From Glycera tridactyla (Eukaryota), in contig OZ286467.1 in the NCBI GenBank assembly GCA_965644265.1, positions 30,380,001-30,444,000 of the forward strand: a stretch of DNA of 64,000 nucleotides. The letters are read 5' to 3'. Below are positions 13,491 through 26,070 of this stretch, in pieces. Made by a program: the position numbers and the translations under genes. Each line of letters opens with the position of its first letter. Position 1 is the first letter of the stretch. The notes under the pieces are model-generated. The model was given only the letters and a program-made list of their open reading frames with translations. It had not been told where the DNA came from and ran no database searches.

Positions 13491-14710
13491 TCGGTATTTC
13501 GGGATGATATGACATTGACTCAGGACATGATACATAGAGGGTTGGTAAGGCAATGTCCATTAGGTCAGTCATGTTACATGAGAAATGAAGCGAAAGCATG
13601 GGAATGGATAAACTAAGTCATGATAGTCATGATAGTCATGAAAGGAGACTGTGATGACGCCCATTCTTGATATCAATAGTTACAAGATACACTCCCGAAG
13701 TAATCAGGCAGCCATTGTTTGCTTCCAAGGCCACATCAGAGGCGGAGTATACCATATTGACAAGATCTGTATATCGGCTTTTACCCTTGGGTTCGAGTAT
13801 TCCGAGTTTACCAAGTTGACCACTTGTTAGCATCAGGAACTGTCAACTTACAGAAAATTATGTCCTTGGCAATTCCCAGTCCAGTCTCATCTACACATTC
13901 GGTGTTTTCAGAATGCTGTTAAAAAATCGGCGATATATTTGTGGATATTAGATTGAATTAGCCGACAATGGGATGACCGTAAAATGTGTCTCACATGAAG
14001 ACAGTCAATAGAGACGGATGATACTCGTGTCTTCCCAGTGATACTGATATGCTGTCATATGTGTCATATAGGTGAACACCAATTGAGGTAGCCTTGTGGT
14101 ATTTCCTGATACTAATGGCTAGATTTGTTATGGGAAGATATAATGCTGTGGTCAACAGTTCTGCACCTTCCACGATCTTTCTGATAGGAGTTGGTACAGG
14201 CCATAACTTTCAGGTCATTGTCCTGCTGAGCTAATTGGAGAAACAGCATTTGGTAAATCAGCCGAGAACTAATGTCTGGTTGTTGCCCAACATGATCCAT
14301 AAGCATCGGTGGATACCTTCATTCACCTACACATTCCCTCGTCTCTAATACTAACTCTGACTGCATCAAGCATCAACGCCCTAATGTATGTTTTTTTTTT
14401 GACAGAACATTTTATTCAAGTACTATAATAACTATAGTAAATTGATAGCTTACTCATTACAATATGTCTGAACCGCATACACTGCTTTGCTATGTATCAC
14501 CCTTGTTCATAAACTGTATATGTATATCTAATGACTATCTCAATAACAGCTCACTTGTCAAAATTGACTAATGTTCTGTATTTGTTCAGGAGAAGTTAGC
14601 CTGTAATACTTTACCGCAGTGCCAATTCACTCAAGCAATTAACTGAGTTCCACTTCGATTTCTACTTTCACTCACTGTGTCAATCACTCCCACGAACTGT
14701 AGTCGACCAA

Positions 14711-14894
14711 GATAAGCCTGCCTTGGTGGCTCAGTGGTAGCATGTTGGGCCAGCGTGCAATGGGTCTGGGGTTCAATCCCCGGTCCTACCATGCAGGAAT
14801 GTTTCACCCTTCATCTTCCGTCCTCCTCGGCAGGTGGTCTGATTTAGCCTACTCAAGTGCAGAAAGTGGACCTATAACCTCAACATTTCATTTT
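14711..14894 (+). mobile_element. tRNA-derived SINE
   Basis: A box tggctcagtgg (14727-14737); B box ggttcaatccc (14770-14780); TSD tcgaccaa at 14703-14710 and 14895-14902; empty site gtcgaccaaaataatattc in copy B (~61180). Confidence 0.85.
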
Positions 14895-15399
14895 TCGACC
14901 AAAATAATATTCATCCGAATAAAATTTCACAAATAGAATTTGAATTCAACTGATAGGGAGCTTTATTTCTAACCTTTTATGGCAAAACTACATCGAATGT
15001 TGATCAATTCATCCATCATCTTATCAGTTTAACAGCAATATTTTCACCACACTGATGCAGTGTCACATATACCTCGCCATCCATATATCCCACGCAATTA
15101 CCTGTGAGATCTTGAGTTGATGAGATTTCGCCAACACCTAACACAAACACCCGGCATCACAGTCAATAGATCTGATATGAAATGCAGCCAGGTCATGCAA
15201 ATCACTCTGCCTTTCAATATGGCACCAACTCATTCAATCAATCACGAAATCTCACTTGCTCATCCATACATTCAATCACTTGCTCACTTTTTTGATCGCT
15301 CACTTCCACCCATTCACTTATTTATTTGTTTGTTTCAGTCAGTCAATTTGAGTTATTTAGTCACTGCATCAAACACAGTTGCTTTCATACCGAATCACT

Positions 15400-15600
15400 G
15401 AGACAATCACTCACTCGCTCACTCACTAACTAACTAACTCACTAACTCACTCACTCGTAACTCACTCTACTCACTCACTCACCCACAACTCACTCACTCC
15501 CTCACTTATTCATTCACCCACGCACCATCTCACTCACTTACCATCTCACTCACACATTCACTTTCACTCACTTGACTCATCTCTACTGCTCAGTTCTTGC
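15400..15600. repeat. (ACTC)n degenerate tract (orthologue ~61530-61800)
   Basis: Direct sequence. Confidence 0.85.
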
Positions 15601-16119
15601 TCACACAATTATCCGCTTAATCATTCACACAATCATCCACTCACTCACCAATCCAAACATGGACTCAAACTCTCTGATGCCCACACTTACACATTCACTA
15701 GCCCCACTATTCACGAACACATGCTTGCTCAATCACTCATTTCATCTGCTTGAATTGTCCAGGAGGTTCTGATGGAAAATCGTACTTTTCCCTATGCTTC
15801 ATCACCGCCGCATCTGATGTGCTGACGTCCTCAAAAAGACAATGCGAGGTATTTAGTAAGAGTTGCGTTCCATGAGCCTCTCAATACATAGAAACAAACA
15901 GGTCGCTTGTAGGTTGCATAGCTCCGAATAAATTGGGCTGTGTGTTCAAGGAACTACGACATTTGATCAGTCCTGAGGGATATCGATCACCTGAGATGTG
16001 AATCCAAGAGCAGATAAGATAACAGATAACAGATAACACAATTTCATTTCTCAACTCTAACCGCGGATGGTCGCTCATATTGTCCAGGCTCGAGTGGCGT
16101 GACAATAAGAACCGATCTA

Positions 16120-16310
16120 GTTATACCGTCCCTGTCTCTCCCTCGAATTTAGCATCCCCCATGCCTAACTACCTTCGCTCGAACTTCACAACAAGTAAGA
16201 ATTATCCTTAGATGGACCCCTTATCCGTCGTTGGCGTCATTTCGCCATCTAGCGTATCTCGACGCCACTGTTCACATTCCGCATTTCAAGCCTGTGCGCG
16301 TCGTATTTTC
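16120..16310 (+). repeat. DIRS left ITR
   Basis: Reverse complement of 22409-~22596. Confidence 0.9.
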
Positions 16311-16671
16311 TCGTTTCGACCAGCCATAACGGTCATGAAAAAATTCCTTGGAACGAATTTTGTTCAATTGCCGAGATAGATACACCTTCGCGGCGCTGAG
16401 TCAGTTGGAATAGGTTCACTAGATACTTATCCAGCTGGTGTGTGTATCATACCGTCACAGGATTATTTTTGGCTGGTCGCGAGCGTTGAGAACTTAGATT
16501 AGCTCTCACGCGTGTGTTTGACGTTGTCAAACGGTGTGTGGAGGTGGAGAACCTTGCATATTGAAACAGCGTGCGTTGGTTTGCCTGTGATTGTCATATT
16601 TGCATTGCATGTTTGAAATTGTAGGCAGTTTTGCCAACCTGTGATTTTCATATCTGTCACATTATAGTACT

Positions 16672-19519
16672 ATGTCTCATCACGGTTCATGCGGTCACTT
16701 TGTGGCTGCCTGGGATGAACATGAACTCTGCCCTTCATGCCGTGAATGTGGAGAGGGGGAGGATGACAATGGCCAACAAACTGTTTGTGATGTTTGTGAA
16801 TGTTGGTCCAGTGAAAAATGGACCAAACACTATGAGAGGAGAAAACATCGTAAGAGAAAATATGCTAAAGCACATAGTAAGGACTAACAGTCTAAGTCAG
16901 CGGAGTTAAAGTCACCATCCTCAAGTATCTCAGACAAACAGGCGAGAGAATGGAGAGAACATGCTAAGAGTGTCATAGCTAGGGTACATATTGAGGATAG
17001 ACTTGCTCATGATGCTTTGAGGTCAGGAATACTTTCAGTGAGTCCATCACAGAGTTTATCTCCCAGTTCACACGAACAAACACAAACATACAAACATACT
17101 CCCAGTGCTGCTTCAGGTGAAGCCCCTGAGTCTGACAAGGAAAGTGAAACATTCGGACCCCCGTTAGGACCAATTTCACTCAAAAAGTCTTCTGTTGGAA
17201 AAGAGACTGGGCAGAGAGGTCAGACAGCTAGAAGAGGGAAGAGTTCACCGGGAGTAGCAGTTAATACACCGCAAGTAAAATTGCTTAGAGTAGCTGCAGT
17301 GATGGAAAGTGCCAAATCACCAGAAGACAGTGCACCGGGCAACCAGGCAGTCAGGAGTGATCAGATGAGTGCATCGGGCAACCGGGCAGAAGTTAACATG
17401 CCTGCAATATCAGTAGACCATCAGGCAGTAGATAATGTCTCTTCTCATGAGGATCAAGTAGACTACCAGGCAGAATTTTTTCTACCTAGTGATACAGAAC
17501 AATGTGACCTCCAGGCATTACAAGAGGCATCAATTGCGGGTGATGCTCCGCTAGGATCACATGAGCCAGATAGACCATTTCAGATGGCATCTTATGCAGA
17601 AAATGTGTCCACTGGGCAGGATATATTCACCTGGCAGCAGATATCCATCGGGCAACGGGGGCAGTTGAGTACTGTGGATGCAACGAGCAGTGATATCAAC
17701 ACCGGGCATCAGGCATTGTATGCTGGCCCAGGTGATGCTTGTCTAGATAAGGGACACTCCTCAGATGAGCTAGAAATCGTGTTGGAGTATATTGTCCCGA
17801 AACAGAGTTACCAGGCAGAGAGCCGGGCACAGGGCATGGTTAACCGGGCACCAGGCAAGACTGGTCGAGCACTAGGCAAGGGGCTTCAGGCACCAGGCAA
17901 TATGTCACAGGCACCAGGCAAAGTGTCATATGCACCAGGGCAGGGTTACAGGCACCGGGCGAAGCGATTCAACCTCTAGTAACTTATACAAATGTGATCA
18001 AAGTGGGCAGTGACAGTTTCATAATGTATGAAGGGTCACCAGGGGTTTTCAAGATGATTGAAAAAATACCCAATCAATTACCACCTGCTAAAAACCTACT
18101 AGCCAGGTAAAACAACTTCCTCCTGTGATATTTGGGTCAGATTCTGGGTCCAAGGTACAAGGCGTTGTACCATCAAGGCAACCTGTCATAAGCCAGAGTC
18201 AATCTTAGCCAGTGTATCAGAAACGTGAGATTGATATGGTGGAGGTAGAGAGTGTGGTAGGTTCACCAAAAGAGAAATCAGGTTGGTTTCAGAGGTTGAA
18301 ACGACCGAACCTCTCTGAACCCGTTACTCAAACAGTAGAAGAGGTTGTACCACCCACGGTTAAGGACATGTATGAATCTGATGAAGAGTGGACAGTAGAA
18401 GACAGGAAAGCTACTATAGCAATGGTGAAGAGCATGAGATCAGAGATGAAGGCCCTGAGGGAGGTAGTGAAAGTCTCAAGAGAGCAGAGTGCAGCCCACA
18501 TTGAATTATTAGAAAATCAGGCAGATGACACTGAGAAGCCTGCTCAAACTCAGAGGATGAGGACATTTTGGAGGTATGCCTCGGAAGTTCCTACATCCTA
18601 TATCTAACAGCCTGATCCATCATTGTTGAAAACAGCTGGGATGGCAGGCAAAACCATGAAGTCAGGATACAATGCTGAGGCAAGAGAGAGGAAAGTACAA
18701 AGACCAATAGACTTCACATTACTTTTGTCTCCCATGATTTTGAATATACAGAAATTATTTGATAAGACCATACAGGGTAGAGAAAAATATCGACCAGTGA
18801 TTGACAAAGACGCTCCTCTCTCTTCTTTTGTCAGTGAAAAGAAAGGAGGAAATACTGAAGCATTGAAGAGGTCCTTTAAACAGAACTTCCCTCCAATGCC
18901 TGGGTGTAATGCCCGGGTATATAAAATGAGACCCACTTCTGATGGCACTGAGGGTTACTGTATGGTATCACCAAAAGTCGATACAGACTATTATTCCTAT
19001 GGAAAAACCCCTAAAACAGAGTTAGCTCCATCTGCAGATGAGATCATGGTCAGAGAAGCATCGAAAGTGCTCTCATACTCAGATGTTGCATTGGCAGTAG
19101 GGCTCAGATCGACTCACAAAGATCTAGAAGGAGTGAAAAATGTTGAGAAGACTGCTGAAATGGCCATCAACATTGGTCTTAAAGCTATGGAGCATGCAAC
19201 CTTCATTGTGGCTAGGGTTGCTGGTAACATGGAGCTGGCAAGGACAACAGCCGCTCTCAAAACTTTGTTATTGGACGACCAGGCTAGAGCACAGTTAAGG
19301 TCTCTACCATTGGGTCAGGACTACCTGTTTGGGGGTAGAATGGAGGAGGCAGCCGACCAATCATGGGAAAGGTCTAAGAAACGAAAAAACATGGACGAAG
19401 ATTGCAGGACAGGTTTGTCAGGGTTTAGGCCTGGGTTTTCTCTGAGAGGTCAGTCTTCTTATACCCGCTCTACAACAGGGTACAGAGGCAACTCTACCCG
19501 TGGTGGAGGGAGAGGTTGA
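16672..19519 (+). pseudogene. DIRS ORF1 (gag-like), broken by stops and frameshifts
   Basis: N-terminal Zn finger CGH...DEHELCPSCR...CDVCECW (16672-16887); S/Q/G-rich middle; C-terminal REAS..SYSD..ARVAGNMELAR..LRSLPLGQDYLFGG typical of DIRS gag. Confidence 0.75.
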
Positions 19520-21417
19520 GGTTTTGGACCTTGGCCTAAGCAAGATGAGGATGCTCAAACCTCTTTCCAATCTCAGTCTCAGAATCAGAGCCATCAAAAC
19601 CAGAACCAAACAGCCACCAGAGAGGATAGACGTCTTTTTGGTAAGAGAAGAGGTCAGGGAAGAGGGCACAGTCCCTAGGATTGGGGGCGTCACATCTCAG
19701 ATTCCGACAGTGGGAGCCAGGCTGGCCCAATTTTTGCCAGCCTGGATAGATCTGACAAACAACAGGTTTATTCTGGCAATAAAAGAAGAAGGACTTTGTA
19801 TAAAGTTCATACACCAGCCAAACCTATCTCAAGATTTCTCACCCTTCTCAGGGCCCAAAGAAGCAAGCGCCAAATCGGTAGCTTCAAGAGAAGAAATCCA
19901 GAAAATGTTGGACAAACAGGCTATTGTTCAGTTAAGTCCAAAGAGTCCACCAGGCTATTACAGCAATTTGTTTCTGGTTGAGAAAGCTTCAGGGGGATTT
20001 AGCCCCATTATCAATCTGAAGCCATTGAACCGTTGGATTCACAATCAGCGGTTCAAAATGGAGACAGTCAGATCTGTGGTAAAGGCAGTCCTTCCCAACG
20101 ATTGGTCAGTTTCTATAGACCTGAAGGATGCCTATTTCCATGTCCCAATTTGCAAGGGCCATCAGAAGTATCTAAGGTTTGCTGTGTCAAAAGAAGTCGC
20201 GTATCAGTTCAGAGCGCTTCCTTTTGGCCTGTGCACAGCACCTCAAATATTTACGATGGTCCTCCGGGAGATGGCATAGCATTTACATTTGAGGGGCATC
20301 AAGGTTCATCTATATCTGGACGATTGGCTGATACTTCATCAGTGTCCAAGAACCTTGATGTCCCAACTGAATTAAGGTAATTCGTTGGCAACCAGTCTAG
20401 GTTGGATGATCAACCAGGAAAAATCGGAGTTGACCCCCAGACAATAGTTCTCTTACCCAGGGGTCTTCTTCGATACAGTCAATTGAACCGTTTTCCCACC
20501 AAGCAGAGAGTCGAGAAACTGGAGGGCTGTTTGAGATTATTTATTTGGAGACCAGTCCAACCAGCAAGGGCAGTCCTGGGGATTTTAGGACATATGTCCA
20601 GCCTTTCAGATTTGATTATATTAGAGAGACTTCATATGAGACCCCTACAGATTTGTCTTTGGTCCCGATGGCGTCCTCACTCAGACAGTCTGGAGAGGTG
20701 ATCTCAATTCTTAAGTGGTGGCAGGACAGAACGAATACCCTGGGAGGAGTTCCTTTGTCACCAGAGGAGCCTCAGTTGATGGTCACCACAGATGCGTCTC
20801 TGGAGGGGTGGGGAGCGCACATATCAGGGGACAATATCAGAGATCAGGTGTCAGGGGAATGGCTGGACAGCTACAGAGACAGGTCCATTAATTCTCTGGA
20901 GTTGGAAGCCATTTTCTCAGCACTGGAGAAGCTCAAGTTCCATATCAGGAATCAGATTATTCTTATCCTGTCAGACAATGTGACAGCGATAGCACATATT
21001 CAAAATCAAGGGAGTACCCAGAGCTCTTTTCTGTGCGGCCCCGCCTGGCAAATTCTGACTCTTACAAATAGCTTGGGAACAACAGTAAAATTTCATCATA
21101 TACCGGGAAAGAGGAACGTGCTAGCAGATGCGCTATCATGTTTCCAACCCATTCAAACAGAATGGGAACTTCATCCAGAGATCTTCCAACATATTTTGGA
21201 AAAATTCAGGCTAATGGCCACACATCTGAATACCAGACTACCGGTATTCATCAGTCCAATTCTGGACCAGTCAGCCCTGGGAGTAGATGCTCTCTCGATA
21301 AATTGGGCACAGTTTCAGACAGCATATATCTACCCTCCAACAGCCCTGATCAGGGACATTTTAAACAAAGTGAGGGGTCTGAATCTGATTCTAGTGTGCA
21401 TTGCCGATCAGCTTTGA
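19500..21417 (+). pseudogene. DIRS RT - RNase H - methyltransferase-like region
   Basis: IDLKDAYFHVPI, YQFRALPFGL, in-frame TAG at 20277, then HLYLDDWLI; TTDASLEGWGA, INSLEL, SDNVTA, HIPGKRNVLADALS; MT-like VDALSINW...YIYPP. Confidence 0.92.
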
Positions 21418-22244
21418 GCTCAGTATTATGTTTTTATGATGATTCAGGTTTGAAGTCCAAGAAACTGAAGGATTTGTTCAGGAACTTGGCAATGGAATGT
21501 CCTGTACTGAAGAAGTTAGTACAAGCTTGGAATTTGCCACTGGTATCAAACTTTCTGGCTAGTGATTATTTTGAGCCTTTGGATGAGATTTCATTGTTAT
21601 TACTAACATGGAAAACAGTCTTCCTCATAGCTTCAGCTAGTGGGAGAAGACGCAGTGAGTTGGAGGCCTTATCAGGAGAATCTAAAGCCATTAGATTTAC
21701 AAGAAGCTTCTCCAAGGTTACCTTAACTTACAGAGATGGTTTCGTGGTGAAGAACCAACCTTCTGATAAGGAATGTCCTTATATCACAATTCCTGCATTA
21801 CCAACTGATGAAAAAACTAACAACAGGCTTTGTCCAGGTACAGTTCTTGAGTGCTATTTGAGGAGGACTCAAGAGTTGAGAGGTAATAGGAGAGCACTCT
21901 TTATTCCTTTGTTGAGGAATACAGAGTCCGAAATCAGAGCTGACACTATTTCTAAGTGGATAAAATCGGTTTTTCTGAAGGCTTATGAAGTAAGTCCAAA
22001 TGCAGAACAGATGCCAGATGGAGTTTCAGCTCACGAGACCAGGGCATAGGCATCATCATGGAGTTTCTTCAATAGAGCTGCCTCTGTAGGAGAAATAATG
22101 CAAGCAGCCTATTGGAGATCTGGCAGCACATTTTTCTCTAGCTATCTTAGAGACATGTGCGGCCAAGCGGCAGACCTATACTCATCAGGTCCGATAGTGC
22201 CAGGTCAGACAATTGTCAGGCCTTCAAATGATCTAAATAGTTAG
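21400..22244 (+). pseudogene. DIRS tyrosine recombinase (N-terminally deleted, internal stop)
   Basis: ASGRRRSELEAL (R), RLCP, HETRA (HxxR), TAG at 22047, then AYWRSGSTFFSSYLRD (W, Y). Confidence 0.9.
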
Positions 22245-22278
22245 ATCCTTCAATTATCCCACCATCCGGGTTTCATTT

Positions 22279-22364
22279 GGATGCTAAATTTGAGGGAGAG
22301 ACAGGGACGGTATTAACTTCACCCAGGTTTTGTTTAACCTGGTTTTTAATACCTACCTGTCTCT
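22279..22364 (+). other. DIRS internal complementary region (ICR)
   Basis: The first half is complementary to the left end (ataccgtccctgtctctccctc..) and the second half to the right extension (..aaccaggttgaacaaaacctgggtgaa). Confidence 0.92.
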
Positions 22365-22408
22365 TACTCAAATGATGGACCCTCCTATCCGTCCCCGCTA
22401 ACTTTTAT

Positions 22409-22629
22409 GAAAATACGACGCGCGCAGGCGCTAAATGCAGAATGTAAACAGTGGCGTCGAGATACGCAGGATGGCAAAACAATGCCAAGGACGGAAGAGG
22501 GGTCCATCTAGGGATAATTCTTACTGGTTGTGAAGTTTGAGCGAAGGTAGTTAGGCATTGGGGATGCTAAATTTGAGGGAGAGACAGGTAGGTATTAACA
22601 ACCAGGTTGAACAAAACCTGGGTGAAATT
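22409..22629 (+). repeat. DIRS right ITR plus right extension
   Basis: Inverted copy of the left ITR, followed by the rE segment ending gaaatt. Confidence 0.9.
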
Positions 22630-25184
22630 AGATACATGTAATACTCCCTAAATTACACTGAAATCACTTATATTCGATGTTTTTGCAACTTTTTCATCAT
22701 GGGGCTCAAATAACAATGATGGGTCCAAAATTAGGCCTAAATATTTCGTCGAATCCACTTGTCCCAGTCCAAATCTGAGACCTAATTGATTCTTCATTTC
22801 TCGATTAATTTATAAGCAATTTGCTGTGCCAAACATCATGCACTGTGATTTTGATTTAATCAGGCTTAAATTTTTGCTATCGAAAAATTGTTGTAACATT
22901 TCTAGATCATAACAGAGAAATGACAGCAGGAACAGCAACAGTAAGTTACATCGATGGTTACACGAAACGGCCGAAGCAGATATATCATCGAGAGAAATCC
23001 TGTGAAACTATGTTCCATCAATTAGATACACCATGACATTTGTCTGAAAAGAGGAGTAACTTGGAGAAAACTACTGGAAAAAACTACTGTTTCATTTCAC
23101 GAAGGAGATAAGTCCGTCAGACCCGATCGTTTTGAAAAATCCAGGTCCCCCAAAGTACATACTTATTTCTGGTTGTTAGATTAATATAATGGAAAATAGG
23201 GATGCAGAAACGGTCCCCGACATTGAAAAGGTAACTTGAATATAGCCTGAACAGTCCCATCTTACCTTGTGCTCATGTCAGAGCTATATCTGCATTAGAG
23301 GCTTCATCGCACACAGACTAACAGACATAGATACTGATGTGAAGAGGCTCCCAAGTTAGATGTGGAATTTCTCAGTGGTTGTGGTTATCCAGCAGATTTA
23401 TTTGAATGTGTGCACAAAGGTGAAATCGAGGACAGAATCTTCTACAGGCAGATAGGCATGTCGATGAGCGGGCAAGTACACAAGCAGGCAGGCAAAGAAA
23501 GGAATAGAGAGACATAGGGGATCAAGTCGAAATCCGACCGACAGACAGACGGATAGATTGACAGACAGAAGTTCTACGCATATTTGCCTTATTCGGTGTT
23601 GATGAATAATGTATATTTCGATCCGGGAGGGAGAGAAAGAGAGAGAGAAGAAAGAAAAGAGAGAGTGAGAGCGAGAAAGAGAAATCATCCAGGTCGATGA
23701 CAATGACACCTCCTCTGCCGGCACCAGCCCTTGCCGTGTGAACTTTGCTTTCCGGCTTTTTTCACCCACTTCATGTGTCTTTCCCCTTTCTTCATGTGGC
23801 GACCTAATCTGATAAGCCATCTTGTATACACCTCCTACATTGGATTTCACTTCATGAATTAAGAATACAAGGTACAGAGCTACTCCGATACCAGCCATCC
23901 ATTGGCTTCACCAGGAAGTGAGATTGCAAACATTTCCACATTTTTTGTAAGGTTGCTTCCGATGAATCATGGATAATCATAAATCATGAATCAACACAAC
24001 GGCAAAGTAAACTCCGAGCCTGATGCATTTCTTGTTCGAAGCACAACACTTTAGTCAAGATGAAGCAGTGCCCTTATGCTTGGATTTTAGTTTCTGGACA
24101 ATCAAATATGCAAACAATGGCTTCATGCAGATCCCTGTGAGTGTGTGATACTACTGTCGAATATTCCTACCATACATATCAGGGTGATGCATTCCAACCT
24201 TCATGAATCGGGAACACATGACGAGCATAACATGTGGGGTGGATACATGCTGTCAAAACCCATCCAACAAAAACTGTCGTTGGAGGGGAAATCTCGGCAT
24301 CTTGAGCAAGCTATTCGGAAGTATGTGACTAGTTATAATGATAATGTTAAAAATGCTGAAAAAGTAGTAATAGCGATTATGATGAAAATAAAGATGAGAT
24401 GAAAAAAGGGATAAATGATGATGATGCTCAATAATCAAATCCTGTGAGTCTCGTCATATGTATATGATCAAAATACTACAATATTCACAAGACATCGAAG
24501 TTATTCTGTGAATACGGCATATTGATACATTGGGCAGTTTCTCAGTAAAAAGATGAAGGCATGTTGATATATCAAAATGTTTACCCAGAAGGTAAGTTTG
24601 AAAAGAGGAGTGAGCATAACATGATTCGAGACGTGGTTAAACAGCGTGCAGACACGCTCTGTACATCAGTGGGATCATGGACGCTTGTTTATACGTAGGA
24701 TACTTCACCCCTGAATCATGGTTGAAGGGAGGAGAGAAGCAGTCTAGGAGTGGAAAAACATATGTTGGCAATGTCTATCACGCTTCACACAAACGTGCAT
24801 GTGGCACTATCAGTGAGGACAAATACAAGCCCTTTCCGTCTTAATTTTCGCGAACCAAAAATGATATATCTGGACAGTTAGATGGATGGATGGAAAGGAT
24901 TGTAAAGATAATTTTCATGATAGGTTGTTCAGTGGTTGTGATTGAATGAAAGGAGCGATTAAGGGGGGGGGGGAAATGACTAGTTTTGTTGGTGGGTGGA
25001 TGGATGGATGGATGATGAATACAAGTCATGTGTCTACCGCCATCAATCATACGATGTGCAATATCCATCTTTCGTATTCTGTAGGTGAGTACTGACGTCA
25101 AGCCATTCACCACTGGGATGTAGTGAGTAATATCATGATGCAACATCGAGAATGAACATGAGATACGTGGAAAGAAACTGACGA

Positions 25185-25420
25185 TGACGACCATCACTAC
25201 CTTCACCAACATGGGCTTCATCATCATCAGCACCACCAGTACAATAGCACCAACACCCACTCTAGCACCATCATCCCCGCCACTGGTACTGCCGTCGACA
25301 TCCCAGCCATTACCATGTCCACCACCAATACCACCACCAACACAACTGCCACCACCACCACCACCACCACCACCAGCACAATACCACCATCACCAGCACA
25401 AGTATCACCACCCCACCAAC
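25185..25420. repeat. (CCA/CAC)n low-complexity tract
   Basis: Direct sequence. Confidence 0.9.
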
Positions 25421-25912
25421 ACTACTACGTCCACTTGCATTTCCATCCCCACAATTGTCGAAGTCCTTCTCTCTGCTATCGCTGTCACTGCCAGCAACAA
25501 CTTCATCATTATTGTCAAGTTCCGATGACAAAACTCAATTCACATTCTGGCGTTCATCGCACATTGCACATGCAATGCATCGGATAGTGATGCTCCCTGA
25601 TAATTGCCTTCTGAGAGAACTAAACAATATGGCAGGCAGAGAAGCTTCCTATCACCCAACCTTCACAGTGTGATTGATGCCCATAGTTCCACTCAGTTCT
25701 CTGCTATATTCAGAAGAGGCAAAAGAATCGGATCACCTGCTAGTGAAATAGACACATTATGAACGGCTGGTGCTAATGTGCAATCAAGCTAGTGTTGTGG
25801 AGGCTTGTCATTATCATCATCGCCACTGGGTCGTTTCTGGGGACTATGTTCTCGAATAATCGAAATAGAGAAGACATAGTGATGATGATACTGATGGCAA
25901 AAATACCAATAA

Positions 25913-26070
25913 NNNNNNNNNNNNNNNNNNNNNNNNNNNNNNNNNNNNNNNNNNNNNNNNNNNNNNNNNNNNNNNNNNNNNNNNNNNNNNNNNNNNNNNN
26001 NNNNNNNNNNNNNNNNNNNNNNNNNNNNNNNNNNNNNNNNNNNNNNNNNNNNNNNNNNNNNNNNNNNNNN
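25913..26070. other. Assembly gap (others at 28624-28790, 49538-49697, 58520-58829)
   Basis: N runs. Confidence 1.

Larger units (their letters stand above)
1..15990 (-). pseudogene. Decayed GRL101-like (LDLa/LRR/7TM) GPCR pseudogene, copy A; the 7TM part runs off the window start
   Basis: Minus-strand peptides broken by stops and frameshifts: LRR-like NTLNTVFLLDNKFYTL (1191-1245); hinge-like WDDKYPLGCQVSPSNV (~400-450); TM1/TM2-like GSNML..ITHNVSVNQLG (~230-320); LDLa-like CSPDGECI (~2700-2730). Motif recognition only. Confidence 0.45.
16120..22629 (+). mobile_element. DIRS1-type tyrosine-recombinase retrotransposon, full length but coding-decayed
   Basis: Inverted terminal repeats, ICR, gag-like, RT, RNase H, MT and YR remnants; bounded by gtt / att trinucleotides; absent from copy B. 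Confidence 0.95.
1..23250. repeat. Copy A of a large, old segmental/tandem duplication (partner ~49080-62540), interrupted by copy-specific insertions
   Basis: Colinear similarity by eye: 1-440 with 49080-49535; 770-1400 with 50400-51060; 6840-9500 with 55175-57400; 11843-12780 with 59264-59911; 13600-15990 with 60240-62155; 22917-23250 with 62170-62540. Identity looks ~70-85% (not computed). Confidence 0.92.

Noticed and set aside
14711-14800. tRNA gene
   Set aside because: No convincing cloverleaf; an unrelated tail, TSD and empty paralogous site indicate a SINE.
22917-22965. LLLLFLLSFL as the signal-peptide exon of the receptor (also 62165-62210)
   Set aside because: No in-frame ATG in either copy, and lectin-like debris lies further upstream.
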